Notes under the pieces: model-generated
Databases searched by the model: none
The model's input: the letters and a program-made list of their open reading frames with translations, nothing else
Told to the model about the DNA's origin: nothing
Position numbers and translations under genes: made by a program
Part shown: piece by piece, positions 10,624-19,411 of the stretch
How positions within the stretch are numbered: the first letter of the stretch is position 1
How the letters are laid out: the number at the start of each line of letters is the position of its first letter
Assembly (NCBI GenBank): GCA_963748215.1
Contig: CAVVHS010000009.1
Coordinates: 256,001-320,000, forward strand
DNA from: an uncultured Gammaproteobacteria bacterium
Lineage (GTDB): Bacteria > Pseudomonadota > Gammaproteobacteria > UBA9214
DNA length: 64,000 nucleotides
Direction: 5' to 3'

Positions 10624-11588
10624 ACAACCGCGGTATTTTCATCGTCGGCTGTCCGAGGAGCGGCACCACGCTGTTGCAGAGCATGCTAGCCTCGCACAGC
10701 GAGATCTATACTGCGCCTGAAACATCTTTTTTCTCCCGCATCATTCCCCGTCTCGGCGTTGAGTACAGCGATCCCGGCGCCAGGATCGACAGGCACTGCC
10801 TGGACACGGTTGCCGCTGACTTTCGGGAAATGACCGGTATCGAGCTGCCTGCCGCATTCATGGAGCAGGATACCGATACAGATATCAGGTCATTGTTCGA
10901 GAATCTGCTTGCTTCGTTCAACAACGACGACAAGCCACTGTGGGTCGAAAAGACTACGCTGCATGCCAGGCATATGCTGGCAATCACGCGGTTTTACCCC
11001 GAGGCCAGGTTTATCAACCTGATCAGGGACCCGGTGGCATGCGTCGGTTCGATGTCTGTCATCAGGCCGACATCACCCGCCGATTTCCGGATCAGGTACC
11101 TGAGTTCATTGCATAATTTCGCCAGCCTCTGGGACTCGTGCATCGGGGCGGTGCTGGAGTTTCCGCGCCAGGAGCAGGTATTGCACCTGCGCTATGAAAC
11201 ACTGGTGGAGCAACCGCGCGAGACAGTCAACACTGTCTGCGGGTTTCTCGGTATTTCTTACCAGGAGGAAATGCTCGATTCATTCCATCATTCGGCTGCA
11301 GGAATCTTTTCAGACACCAGTTGTCCCTGGCAGAAAGGCAATCTTTCTGCGGGCGTCAGCAAGGAGTCGCTCTACAAGTGGAGGCGCCGGCTCGGACCGG
11401 CGAAGACCTGGCTGGTGCAGAGGTATGTGCTCGGGCATGCAATGATGCTCGGTTACTACGAAGAGAATCTCCGTGGTAGTGCCCTGTCGGTGATACTGGT
11501 ATTCGCTGCAGACCAGTTGATGCGGTTGCTTGCAGCATCGAGAATCGAGTTGATAATGCGCAGGTTGTTTACGAGGAAGACATCATGA
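10620..11588 (+). CDS. PAPS-dependent sulfotransferase
   Basis: 5'-PSB IFIVGCPRSGTTLL, WVEKT, 3'-PB FINLIRDP, LRYETLVEQP. Confidence 0.9.
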   Translation: MNNRGIFIVGCPRSGTTLLQSMLASHSEIYTAPETSFFSRIIPRLGVEYSDPGARIDRHCLDTVAADFREMTGIELPAAFMEQDTDTDIRSLFENLLASFNNDDKPLWVEKTTLHARHMLAITRFYPEARFINLIRDPVACVGSMSVIRPTSPADFRIRYLSSLHNFASLWDSCIGAVLEFPRQEQVLHLRYETLVEQPRETVNTVCGFLGISYQEEMLDSFHHSAAGIFSDTSCPWQKGNLSAGVSKESLYKWRRRLGPAKTWLVQRYVLGHAMMLGYYEENLRGSALSVILVFAADQLMRLLAASRIELIMRRLFTRKTS

Positions 11589-12031
11589 AAGACGGTTTCG
11601 AGAATGTGTTGTGTGGCGGTAAGTTGCTCGCCGTTATTATATACGATTCGTACAACGCGCCCGGAGTCAACTTCTTTACCCCCGGTGATCTGTCGCAGCA
11701 GGTTGCCCATATGACGCACCGTCAGGGAAAGGTCATCGATGCGCACGTCCACAATCCGGTGCCCAGGGAAGTGATCTACACACAGGAGGCCCTGTTTATC
11801 AAGAGTGGCAAGCTGCGCGTGGATTTCTACGATGATCACAGGACGTATCTCGAAAGTCGCCTGCTCGGTGCAGGTGATGTCATCCTGCTGGTGTCGGGTG
11901 GCCATGGATTCGAGGTCATTGAGGATCTCAGGATGGTCGAGGTCAAGCAGGGCCCCTACGTGGATGACAGGGACAAGACACGATTCGACCCGGTTGCGCA
12001 TGACAAAGTTACTATCAAGAATCCTTTATGA
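11585..12031 (+). CDS. Cupin-fold protein of sugar-nucleotide clusters
   Basis: AHVH...TQE...GGHGFEV...EVKQGPY; overlaps the aminotransferase start. Confidence 0.7.
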   Translation: MKDGFENVLCGGKLLAVIIYDSYNAPGVNFFTPGDLSQQVAHMTHRQGKVIDAHVHNPVPREVIYTQEALFIKSGKLRVDFYDDHRTYLESRLLGAGDVILLVSGGHGFEVIEDLRMVEVKQGPYVDDRDKTRFDPVAHDKVTIKNPL

Positions 12032-13145
12032 ACGATTTCATACCGGTCAACGAGCCGCTGATTGGCCAGGAAGAGAAGGACTATATCGCCGATTGCCTTG
12101 AATCCGGCTGGATTTCATCGGAAGGGTCTTATGTCAGTCAGTTCGAGGCCGAGTTCGCGAAACGGGCCGGCAGGCAGCATGGCATCGCCGTGGCGAATGG
12201 CTCGATGGCGCTCGAGGCCGCGGTCACGGCGCTCGGTATCGGTACGGGTGATGAAGTCATCATGCCGGCATTTACCATCATCTCCTGTGCCACGGCGATC
12301 GTCAGGGCGGGCGCGGTTCCCGTGGTCGTCGACTGCGAAGCGGATACATGGAACATGGACGTCGCCGCCGTCGAGGCGCTGATCACCCCCCGTACCCGTG
12401 CCATCATGGCGGTACATATCTACGGACTGCCGGTCGACATGGATCCGCTCATGGAACTGGCGCGCAAACACGGCTTGCTGGTCATCGAGGATGCCGCGGA
12501 GGCGATCGGCCAGACCTGCCGCGGCCGGCCGTGCGGCAGCTTCGGCGATATCAGCGTGTTCAGCTTCTACCCCAACAAACTGGTGACGACCGGTGAAGGC
12601 GGCATGATCCTGGCGGACTCGCCGGAACTGGCCGAGCGTTGCCGGGTCTGCGTAATCTCTGTTTCATTCCCGAGACCAGGTTCGTGCACGAGGAAATGGG
12701 ATGGAACATGCGCATGACCAACCTGCAGGCTGCACTGGGTGTGGGGCAACTGCACCGGCTCGATGCGCATCTTGCCAGAAAGATCGAGATCGGCCGGCTC
12801 TACAATGAGCGGCTGGCGGGCATCGAAGCACTGACCCTGCCATGTGCACGCACGGACTACGCCGACAACATGTACTGGGTCTACGGACTGGTGATCGATG
12901 ACAGCGTCGCGATGACAGCGCGGGACGCGATGCTGGCATTGGGCAAGGCCGGTATCGGCACCCGGCCGTTTTTCTACCCGATGCACCAGCAGCCCGTGTT
13001 CAGGAAAATGGGACTGTTCAAGGGCGTCAGCTGCCCGGTAGCCGAGCGTATTGCCGTACGCGGTTTCTACATTCCGAGCGGGCTCGCCATGACGAATGCG
13101 CAGGTCGGGCGGGTGTCGGATGCGGTCACGGAACTCTTTGCATGA
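12028..13145 (+). CDS. DegT/DnrJ/EryC1/StrS aminotransferase (perosamine-synthase-like); one frameshift near 12646
   Basis: SGWISSEG, VIEDAAEA, SFYPNKLVTTGEGGM in 12028..12717; continues LRNLCF...GWNMRMTNLQAALG...RPFFYPMHQQP in 12639..13145. Confidence 0.9.
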
Positions 13146-13912
13146 GCAATTTCAGGAAATACGCCAGCTATTATGACCTGCTGTACCTGGACAAGGATTA
13201 TTCCGCCGAGGTTGATTACATCGACACCTTGTTGCGCCGGTATGCACCCGCGGCGCGACAAATCCTGGAACTGGGTTCCGGCACGGGCAGGCATGCCCTG
13301 TTGCTGGCGCAAAAAGGTTATTCCCTGCATGGTGTCGATCTGAGCGAGGACATGGTCCGTATCGCATGCGACAGGCAACGCGACGGTGCTGCCGGCAACA
13401 GCGCCGGGGTTTCCTTCAACCAGGGCGATATCCGCGACTACCGGGCCGGGCACACCTTCGACGTGGTCATGGCCCTGTTTCACGTGGTCTGTTACCAGAC
13501 CGCCAATCAGGACATCATCTCGACATTCCGTACCGCTGCTGCCCACCTCGAGGAGGGCGGGATATTCATCTTCGATTGCTGGTACGGACCGGCAGTGCTG
13601 ACCGAGCAGCCGGAGCGCAGGACAAAAGCTGTGGAAAACGAGGCGCTCGAGATTGTCAGGGAAACGACGCCTGAACTCCTGCCAGACAGTGACATCGTCG
13701 ATGTGCATTTCGACATGACGGTGCGCGAGAAGGCGTCGGGCCTACAGGAGAAGTTTCATGAATTGCACAGGATGCGTTACCTGTTCTCGCCTGAAGTAGA
13801 GTATTTCCTGCAGCAAAGCGGCTTTGCACTGCAAGCAACCGAGGAGTGGCTTAGCGGCGGCAAGCCCGGTACCGGTACCTGGAATGTCTGCTACGTCGCC
13901 CGTAAATGCTGA
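13142..13912 (+). CDS. Class I SAM-dependent methyltransferase (sugar MTase type)
   Basis: YASYYDLLY.DKDY, ILELGSGTGRHA, GVDLSEDM, FDCWYGP, HRMRYLF.PE. Confidence 0.9.
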   Translation: MSNFRKYASYYDLLYLDKDYSAEVDYIDTLLRRYAPAARQILELGSGTGRHALLLAQKGYSLHGVDLSEDMVRIACDRQRDGAAGNSAGVSFNQGDIRDYRAGHTFDVVMALFHVVCYQTANQDIISTFRTAAAHLEEGGIFIFDCWYGPAVLTEQPERRTKAVENEALEIVRETTPELLPDSDIVDVHFDMTVREKASGLQEKFHELHRMRYLFSPEVEYFLQQSGFALQATEEWLSGGKPGTGTWNVCYVARKC

Positions 13913-14180
13913 AAGTCGGAATCTACCTGCGTGCCCGGGAGGAGATGGGGGGCACCCTGCAATACAACCTGGGCGTGCTGGCGGCGGCCCGGTTACTGCC
14001 CCGGGAGCGCTACCAGGTCGTTGTCGCCAGCAGCGGTGACTACTGGCAGCAGAGACTGCAGGGCAGTGGTTTTGCCCATGTCCGCCTGGGCAATACCCTG
14101 GTCAGTCGGGCGAGCACGGAACTGTGGGGCAGGTTGCGACTGTCGCCGGTATCCGTGTGGCGTGCGCTGGCACCGTTAAC
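13906..14180 (+). pseudogene. Truncated N-terminus of a probable glycosyltransferase
   Basis: Coupled start MLKVGIYL...GGTLQYNLGVL resembles a GT-B N-terminus. After ~90 aa the frame runs into the antisense of the next gene; no C-terminal domain. Confidence 0.55.
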
Positions 14181-14220
14181 GTATATGAACTGCACATTCA
14201 GAAGCTGCGAAGAACATCGT

Positions 14221-15312
14221 TCAGGAGTTGTGCAGAAACTCGACGAAAGGTTGAACCCGGACGCCGAAGTCAAATTCCCGGGCGGCTACGGCACAGGCCT
14301 TGCGCATCGATGCATGCCGCTTCAATACATCCCTGACTCCATTGGCGATGGTTTCCGGGGTAAGCTCCTGGAGCAGGACTCCGGTGGCGTAGTCACGAAC
14401 CGATTGCAGGCCCAGAATATCTGACCCGATGACTGGCACTCCTGCAGCGTAGTAATTGAAAAGTTTACCCGACGGCGCCGACAGGTAGTTGAAGTCGTTT
14501 TTTTTGATCAGATTGAAGTCATAGAAGCAGAAACCTGCGGAGAAGCGGGAAAGATAGGAGACAACCTCTTCCTGGGGGAGATAATCCGGATCGAGATCTA
14601 CCCGACCCGAGCTGATCAGATCCGGAAAGCGCTGCCGGATTTCCTCTGAGATCTCCGCTGACATGATCCCCTTTACCGTCAACTTCATTTCCGGCAGGAT
14701 TCGCATCACTTCCAGGCACTGGAAAATGCCATGTTCGGGAATGATATTGCCGAAGTAAATCAGGTGTCTTTCCTCCGGATGCCGTAGAACTCCAGAAGCT
14801 GTCAAAACAGGGGCGTTCTGAATAAGAAACGTCCGTAACGGATGCAGGGAGCGCTGGCCGAAAAGGAACTCATACCGCTCGGTCGTCTGGATGATCACCG
14901 ACATTATACGGGTGCGGCGGCAAAGCCGAAAAAGGTAATCTCGCTTCGCTTCGAGCGACAGAAAGTGGGCCCGGCCGAAGCGCAGCTGGGCAGCCCATAG
15001 TCCGACCGAGTCAACACCGATAACGTGATCCGCTTTTTCTCTAAGCAACCTGATTAGCAACAGAACCGCTCTCAGGGCCTTATAGAGCTGCAATGTATCA
15101 AACACGCGGATAAGCCCCGGAGGCATCCAAATGAATGAATAGTTTCGGGCAGGAAGCTGGCTGTTCTTGTATTGGCCGTTGTCAAAGGCCAGCACGCGTA
15201 CATCGAAGTCGTCTTCGAGAGCGTTCACCAGATTAATCAAGGTCGGGGAGTAGGAAGCCCACTCAACCGGGAAGACGATCAGGACCCGCTGTTTCATGAG
15301 CGAGCCACCCAT
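14221..15312 (-). CDS. GT-B glycosyltransferase
   Basis: LIYFGNI.PEHG, SAPSGKLFNYYAAGVPVIGSD; start may be ATG 15297. Confidence 0.8.
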   Translation of the reverse strand: MGGSLMKQRVLIVFPVEWASYSPTLINLVNALEDDFDVRVLAFDNGQYKNSQLPARNYSFIWMPPGLIRVFDTLQLYKALRAVLLLIRLLREKADHVIGVDSVGLWAAQLRFGRAHFLSLEAKRDYLFRLCRRTRIMSVIIQTTERYEFLFGQRSLHPLRTFLIQNAPVLTASGVLRHPEERHLIYFGNIIPEHGIFQCLEVMRILPEMKLTVKGIMSAEISEEIRQRFPDLISSGRVDLDPDYLPQEEVVSYLSRFSAGFCFYDFNLIKKNDFNYLSAPSGKLFNYYAAGVPVIGSDILGLQSVRDYATGVLLQELTPETIANGVRDVLKRHASMRKACAVAAREFDFGVRVQPFVEFLHNS

Positions 15313-15431
15313 TAGACGTTCCCGGCATCGGCGCCATGAGTCTTGCGGGTCGTCCCTGTCCGTAGTGGCAGGACCCGCAGCCCCGTGCTTCGAGCCAGGG
15401 CTTCGACTTCGGGCTGATAGAGATATCTCAT
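15312..15431 (-). pseudogene. Remnant 3' end of a methyltransferase paralogous to 13142..13912
   Basis: Manual translation MRYLYQPEVEALARSTGLRVL...GADAGNV* versus MRYLFSPEVEYFLQQSGFAL...GTGTWNV; TAATG overlap with the next GT. Confidence 0.55.
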
Positions 15432-15597
15432 CCGCTATGTTCCATGTGGGTCGACAATTCGCCTGACGGTTGAAAGATCTGCACGACCAGATTTATGGAG
15501 AAATGTGTCAACAAAGCTTTCAGGGCACATGTTCTTACGAACATATCCGTGAGCTAACATTTTTCCGAAGACGCCCCCCGGGGTTGCTCTTCAGTAG

Positions 15598-16485
15598 TCA
15601 TCGTTCGGTACGACGCCGCGTCTCCATGATGTCCTTGTAGTGGAGTGCCGAAACCTGTTCGGAAACGACGCCGATCAGGAAGGTGAACAGCGAGGACAGG
15701 AACAGGACGGTGCTCATGTTTGTCAGCCGACCCCAGGAAAAATAGGTCCAGGCGTAGTAGCTGAGACCGGCCATCAGCAGCGCGCCGCTGATGGGCAGGA
15801 AGAAACGCATCGGCGAGAACAGTGCACCGATCTTCACGATGATGATGAGGAAGCGGAAGCCGTCGTGAAACAGCCGAATGTGGCTTTTGGTCTCGGTGGT
15901 GCGTATTCTGGCCCGAATCGGCACGTAACCGACCGGCAGTCCGGACCTGAAAAACGCCATTGTGCTGGTGGTCGGGTAGGAAAACTTGTTGGGCAGCAGG
16001 TACAGGAACTTCTTGAAATGGCGCGCCCGTGCGGCGCGCAGTCCCGAGGTCAGATCCTGGATGGGATAGCCGGTCATCCACGAGGCCAGCCGGTTATAAA
16101 TGCTGTTGCCGATGCGGCGCGTTAGTGATGCATGACTGTCGAGATGACGCGCACCCACCATCATGTCGAAACCCCGGTTGATGCCGTCGATCAGCGGCTG
16201 GATGTCGGCGGGATCGTGCTGTCCGTCGGCGTCCATGAACACCAGGATCTCGCCCTCGGCATTGCGCGCCCCGGTCTTGATGGCAGCCCCGTTGCCCATG
16301 GAATAGACGTGTGACAGCACCCGCACGCCGTGCTGCCGGCAAACACCGGCCGTGTCATCCGTTGACCCGTCATCGACAACAATGATTTCCGCCTCCGGAA
16401 ATTTTTCCTTTAGCTCCGGGAGCAGCGTTTTCAGGCTGTCGGCCTCGTTCCTGGCGGGCAGGACGATGCTGATTTTCTTGCTCAT
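15598..16485 (-). CDS. GT2 of DPM1/GtrB type (putative polyprenol-phosphate glycosyltransferase) with two C-terminal TM helices
   Basis: VLPARNE, VDDGSTD, GNGAAIKTG, FMDADGQHDP, DLTSGLRA, hydrophobic C-terminus. Confidence 0.85.
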   Translation of the reverse strand: MSKKISIVLPARNEADSLKTLLPELKEKFPEAEIIVVDDGSTDDTAGVCRQHGVRVLSHVYSMGNGAAIKTGARNAEGEILVFMDADGQHDPADIQPLIDGINRGFDMMVGARHLDSHASLTRRIGNSIYNRLASWMTGYPIQDLTSGLRAARARHFKKFLYLLPNKFSYPTTSTMAFFRSGLPVGYVPIRARIRTTETKSHIRLFHDGFRFLIIIVKIGALFSPMRFFLPISGALLMAGLSYYAWTYFSWGRLTNMSTVLFLSSLFTFLIGVVSEQVSALHYKDIMETRRRTER

Positions 16486-18450
16486 TGGAGTGTCTCTTGT
16501 GCTCTGTCCTGGTTGGTCAGTGCCGTGTTTACCCTGCGGGCCGTGTTGATTTCGTTTTCCAGCATTTCATACAAGGCGGTATTGCCACCGTAGCTGTTGA
16601 CTGGTCCTGAGCCGCGCCAGTTGCCGTTCGGCATCCTCGTAGCGTTCCATGACAATCAGCAGATTGATCAGGTTGACCCAGTGCTGCGATTCGCCGGGAT
16701 ATTTCTCGACCACCTCGCGAAACAGCTCGAGTCCGGAATCGAAATCACCGAGCTTGTTGATGCGGAAAAAGCCGTAAATCGTCAACAACTGCGGTGTTTT
16801 GCTGTTGTCGAGTCCGAGGGTGAGCAGTTCGTCCATCACCTCAGGGGGAATGTCGCAGCCGTTCCCGTAGCAGTCGGTCAGCATTTTCAGGCCACTGAGA
16901 TCCGATGTGGAGAGCGGGTACTCTACCAGCTTGCGCCTGATCTCGGTAAAACTTGCGGGATCGACCGGTCTGCCGAGGTGGTAGCGGAGAATGATCAGGG
17001 TAGCGTCGGACATGATGCCGCTCGTGTCCAGCTGGCGGGCCCGCTCCAGGTAGTCGAATGCCGCCGCCTCGCTCTCTGTCACGCCGTTCAGCGCCAGGCG
17101 TGCATGTATCCGGCCGGCCGCAAACACGGCGCGCATCGATCCGGGGTGGTGCATGGCTTCGTAGATGGCATGTTGTACATTGTCCGCCCATTGCCCGGCC
17201 CTGATCCAGGTGGTGTAGGAAAACATCAGCAGGAACAGTGCCGCGCTGCCGATGCGGATGAGCCTGCCACGATGATGCATTTTGAGCTGGCTGACGAAGG
17301 CGCCGGCCGCCAGCAGGATGCCGAAATCAGCCAGGTAGTTGCGGTGCTCGTGGGCGAGTTCCAGCGGAATGATAGTTGATTCCAGCAGGTGCCCGGCAAA
17401 AAACCACAGGATGCCCAGGCTCACCAGTGCCTGCCGTGCAGGCAGCGCGACGGCCGTGACCAGCAGTCCGGCGATGGCCAGTACCGAGAGCAGTGTGGCG
17501 GGTGGATCCAGCAGTCCCCGCGACAGCGCGATGTCATCATGGTAGAGACCCAGCTCATTGATCGAGGGCATGACGATCATCTTCAGGTAGAACATCAGTA
17601 CCCGTGCCTCGGTCATCAGGCGTTCTAGAGGTGTAAAGGTTCTGCTGTTGTAGCTGACAAGCTTGCCAGGTTCGAACAGCAGCACCAGCAACGCCAGCAG
17701 CGCGGGCAGTGCAAGGAACAGCAGGAAGAAGCCGGCGATGCGCCGGTCGATCTGTCCGGCCTGGTCGCGGAAACGGAACAGGCCGATCTCCAGCACCAGC
17801 ATGAAGACCGGCAGCAGGACGCCGCTTTCCTTGCTGAGCACGGCCAGTCCGCCACACACGAGCAGCCCGGTAAGGATATACGGCAGTCCCGGTTTGCCCT
17901 CGCGCATGCGCAACCGGCCCAGCAGGTACAGGCACAGGCCGGCAACACTGAACAGTGCCGACAGCCCGGCCATGCGCTGCACGATATACAACACGGTGGT
18001 CAGGTTCAGCGGGTGTACCAGCCACAGGCCGGCGACCACGGCCGGCAGCCAGTGTGCGGCGGTGGCGGAAAAGTCGGGGTTGCGATAGCGCACATAGGCA
18101 CGCACGATCAGGCTGCCCAGCAGCCACAAACCCAGACCGGTCAGCAGGTGGATACCCAGGTTGACGACCTTGTATGACCTGGGGTCGATGCCGAAGAAAT
18201 AGCGGTTCAGGGCAAAGCTGGCCATGCTGACGGGGCGCCGCAGGGCGCCTGATGTCGAGGACCAGGCCGCGCCTGTCAGGCTGTCCATGTCCAGTGACGC
18301 CATGTCCAGCCGCCGGTTCTCCAGCAGGTTGGGGCGATCATCGAACATGTAGTCGCCCGCCAGTCCGGGCCAGTACACCGCGATGGTGAGCAGGCAGAGC
18401 AGGGCGACCATCCAGCCTGTGGAATTGCCTGTGAGCTGTGCGATTCTCAT
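16482..18450 (-). CDS. TMTC-like GT-C membrane glycosyltransferase with C-terminal TPRs; probable frameshift near 16600
   Basis: DYMFDD first loop, RRPVSMASFALN, NLGIHL, HPLNLTTVLYIVQRM, LSKE, EHRNYL, TPR-like tail. A shifted frame continues VNSYGGNTALYEMLENE...ETLQ* and ends in an ATGA overlap with the GT2 start. Confidence 0.8.
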
Positions 18451-18544
18451 GCGACGGTCATGATCAGTCGGATGCGCCGCGGTGGCGGGGATGAGCGTGT
18501 GCTCCGGCCATGCGCGCTAGTGTACTGTCTATCTGTGTGAGCTG

Positions 18545-18583
18545 AAAATAAAAAAACGCCCCGGAGACCGGGGCGTTTTATTT
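18545..18583 (-). terminator. Intrinsic terminator after pilA
   Basis: AAAACGCCCCGG-AGA-CCGGGGCGTTTT stem with A/T runs on both sides. Confidence 0.9.
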
Positions 18584-18598
18584 GCCAGTGCGATCGTA

Positions 18599-19054
18599 TT
18601 ACGGACGGCAGTTGGCAGGACGGTACTTGTTGTTCATGCTGCCGTTCGGTAGCCGGACCGTACCATTGCAGACCCATTCAATGGAGCCGGCGTTGGTCGT
18701 CGGCTGCCAGAACCATGGTCTGACCGTCAGCCGTCGGGTTGCCACCCAGGTTGTTGCGGTAGGTGATGGTGATCACGCCGGTGTTGGCAGTCCAGTGCAA
18801 TCGGGACACGTAGGTGCCCGAGATACTGACAGCCGCCGGCAGGCCGGCGCCGGGCTGATGGTCGGCATGGCGCCGGTGCTGTCGTAGGTTTCGGAGACCG
18901 CCAGCTTGGCGGCGCCGGCCAGGTTCAGACCCTCAGAGACCTTGGCGCGAATGGTGTAGTCCTGGTAAGCCGGGATAGCGATGGCAGCCAGGATGCCGAT
19001 GATCGCGATAACGATCATAAGTTCGATCAGTGTAAAGCCCTTTTGCAGTTTCAT
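18599..19054 (-). CDS. pilA: Type IVa major pilin (several indels in the variable C-terminal half)
   Basis: MKLQKG|[36 protein letters not shown]. Later frames give [48 protein letters not shown] (D-region cysteines). Confidence 0.92.
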
Positions 19055-19170
19055 GGTATTTCCTCTCATGTACATGAACGATGGTAAAGCATTGTTTGGT
19101 TGCCCGGTCCGAGCCACCTGACAGCCTTTTATCGGACAAAGGTCCGGTTTCTTTGGCTGGTAATTACTAT

Positions 19171-19186
19171 CCATTTTCCGTGCCAG
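19171..19186 (-). promoter_or_regulatory. Putative sigma-54 promoter of pilA
   Basis: CTGGCACGGAAAATGG on the minus strand: perfect -24 TGGCAC, but -12 is GG rather than GC; adjacent to pilR. Confidence 0.5.
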
Positions 19187-19342
19187 TTTTCTGCCGCTTG
19201 CCGGTCTGCGGTGGCCAGATTACGTTCTCTAATTATTTAATAATCATATAAAACAGTATAGTTATAATTATTGTGTGGGCCGGCCGCGGGAAGACCTGGC
19301 CCGCCTGGCCTGCTGGCGACGTCATTCCGGCGTAAGAGAAAA

Positions 19343-19397
19343 TGAGACCAGTCTCACAAGCCGGGTCAGATTGTGACGCAGGGCGTCACTTTGTGAC
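19343..19397. promoter_or_regulatory. Candidate PilR upstream activating sites
   Basis: TGAGAC-CA-GTCTCA palindrome plus two GTCA-N5-TGAC boxes (19365, 19385) 20 bp apart; AT-rich tract between them and the promoter. Confidence 0.5.
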
Positions 19398-19411
19398 ACG
19401 GATTATGCGCG

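Noticed and set aside
12639-12717. Phase variation of the aminotransferase
   Set aside because: No homopolymer or simple repeat tract at the shift (CCGGGTCTG); a one-base sequencing deletion is simpler.
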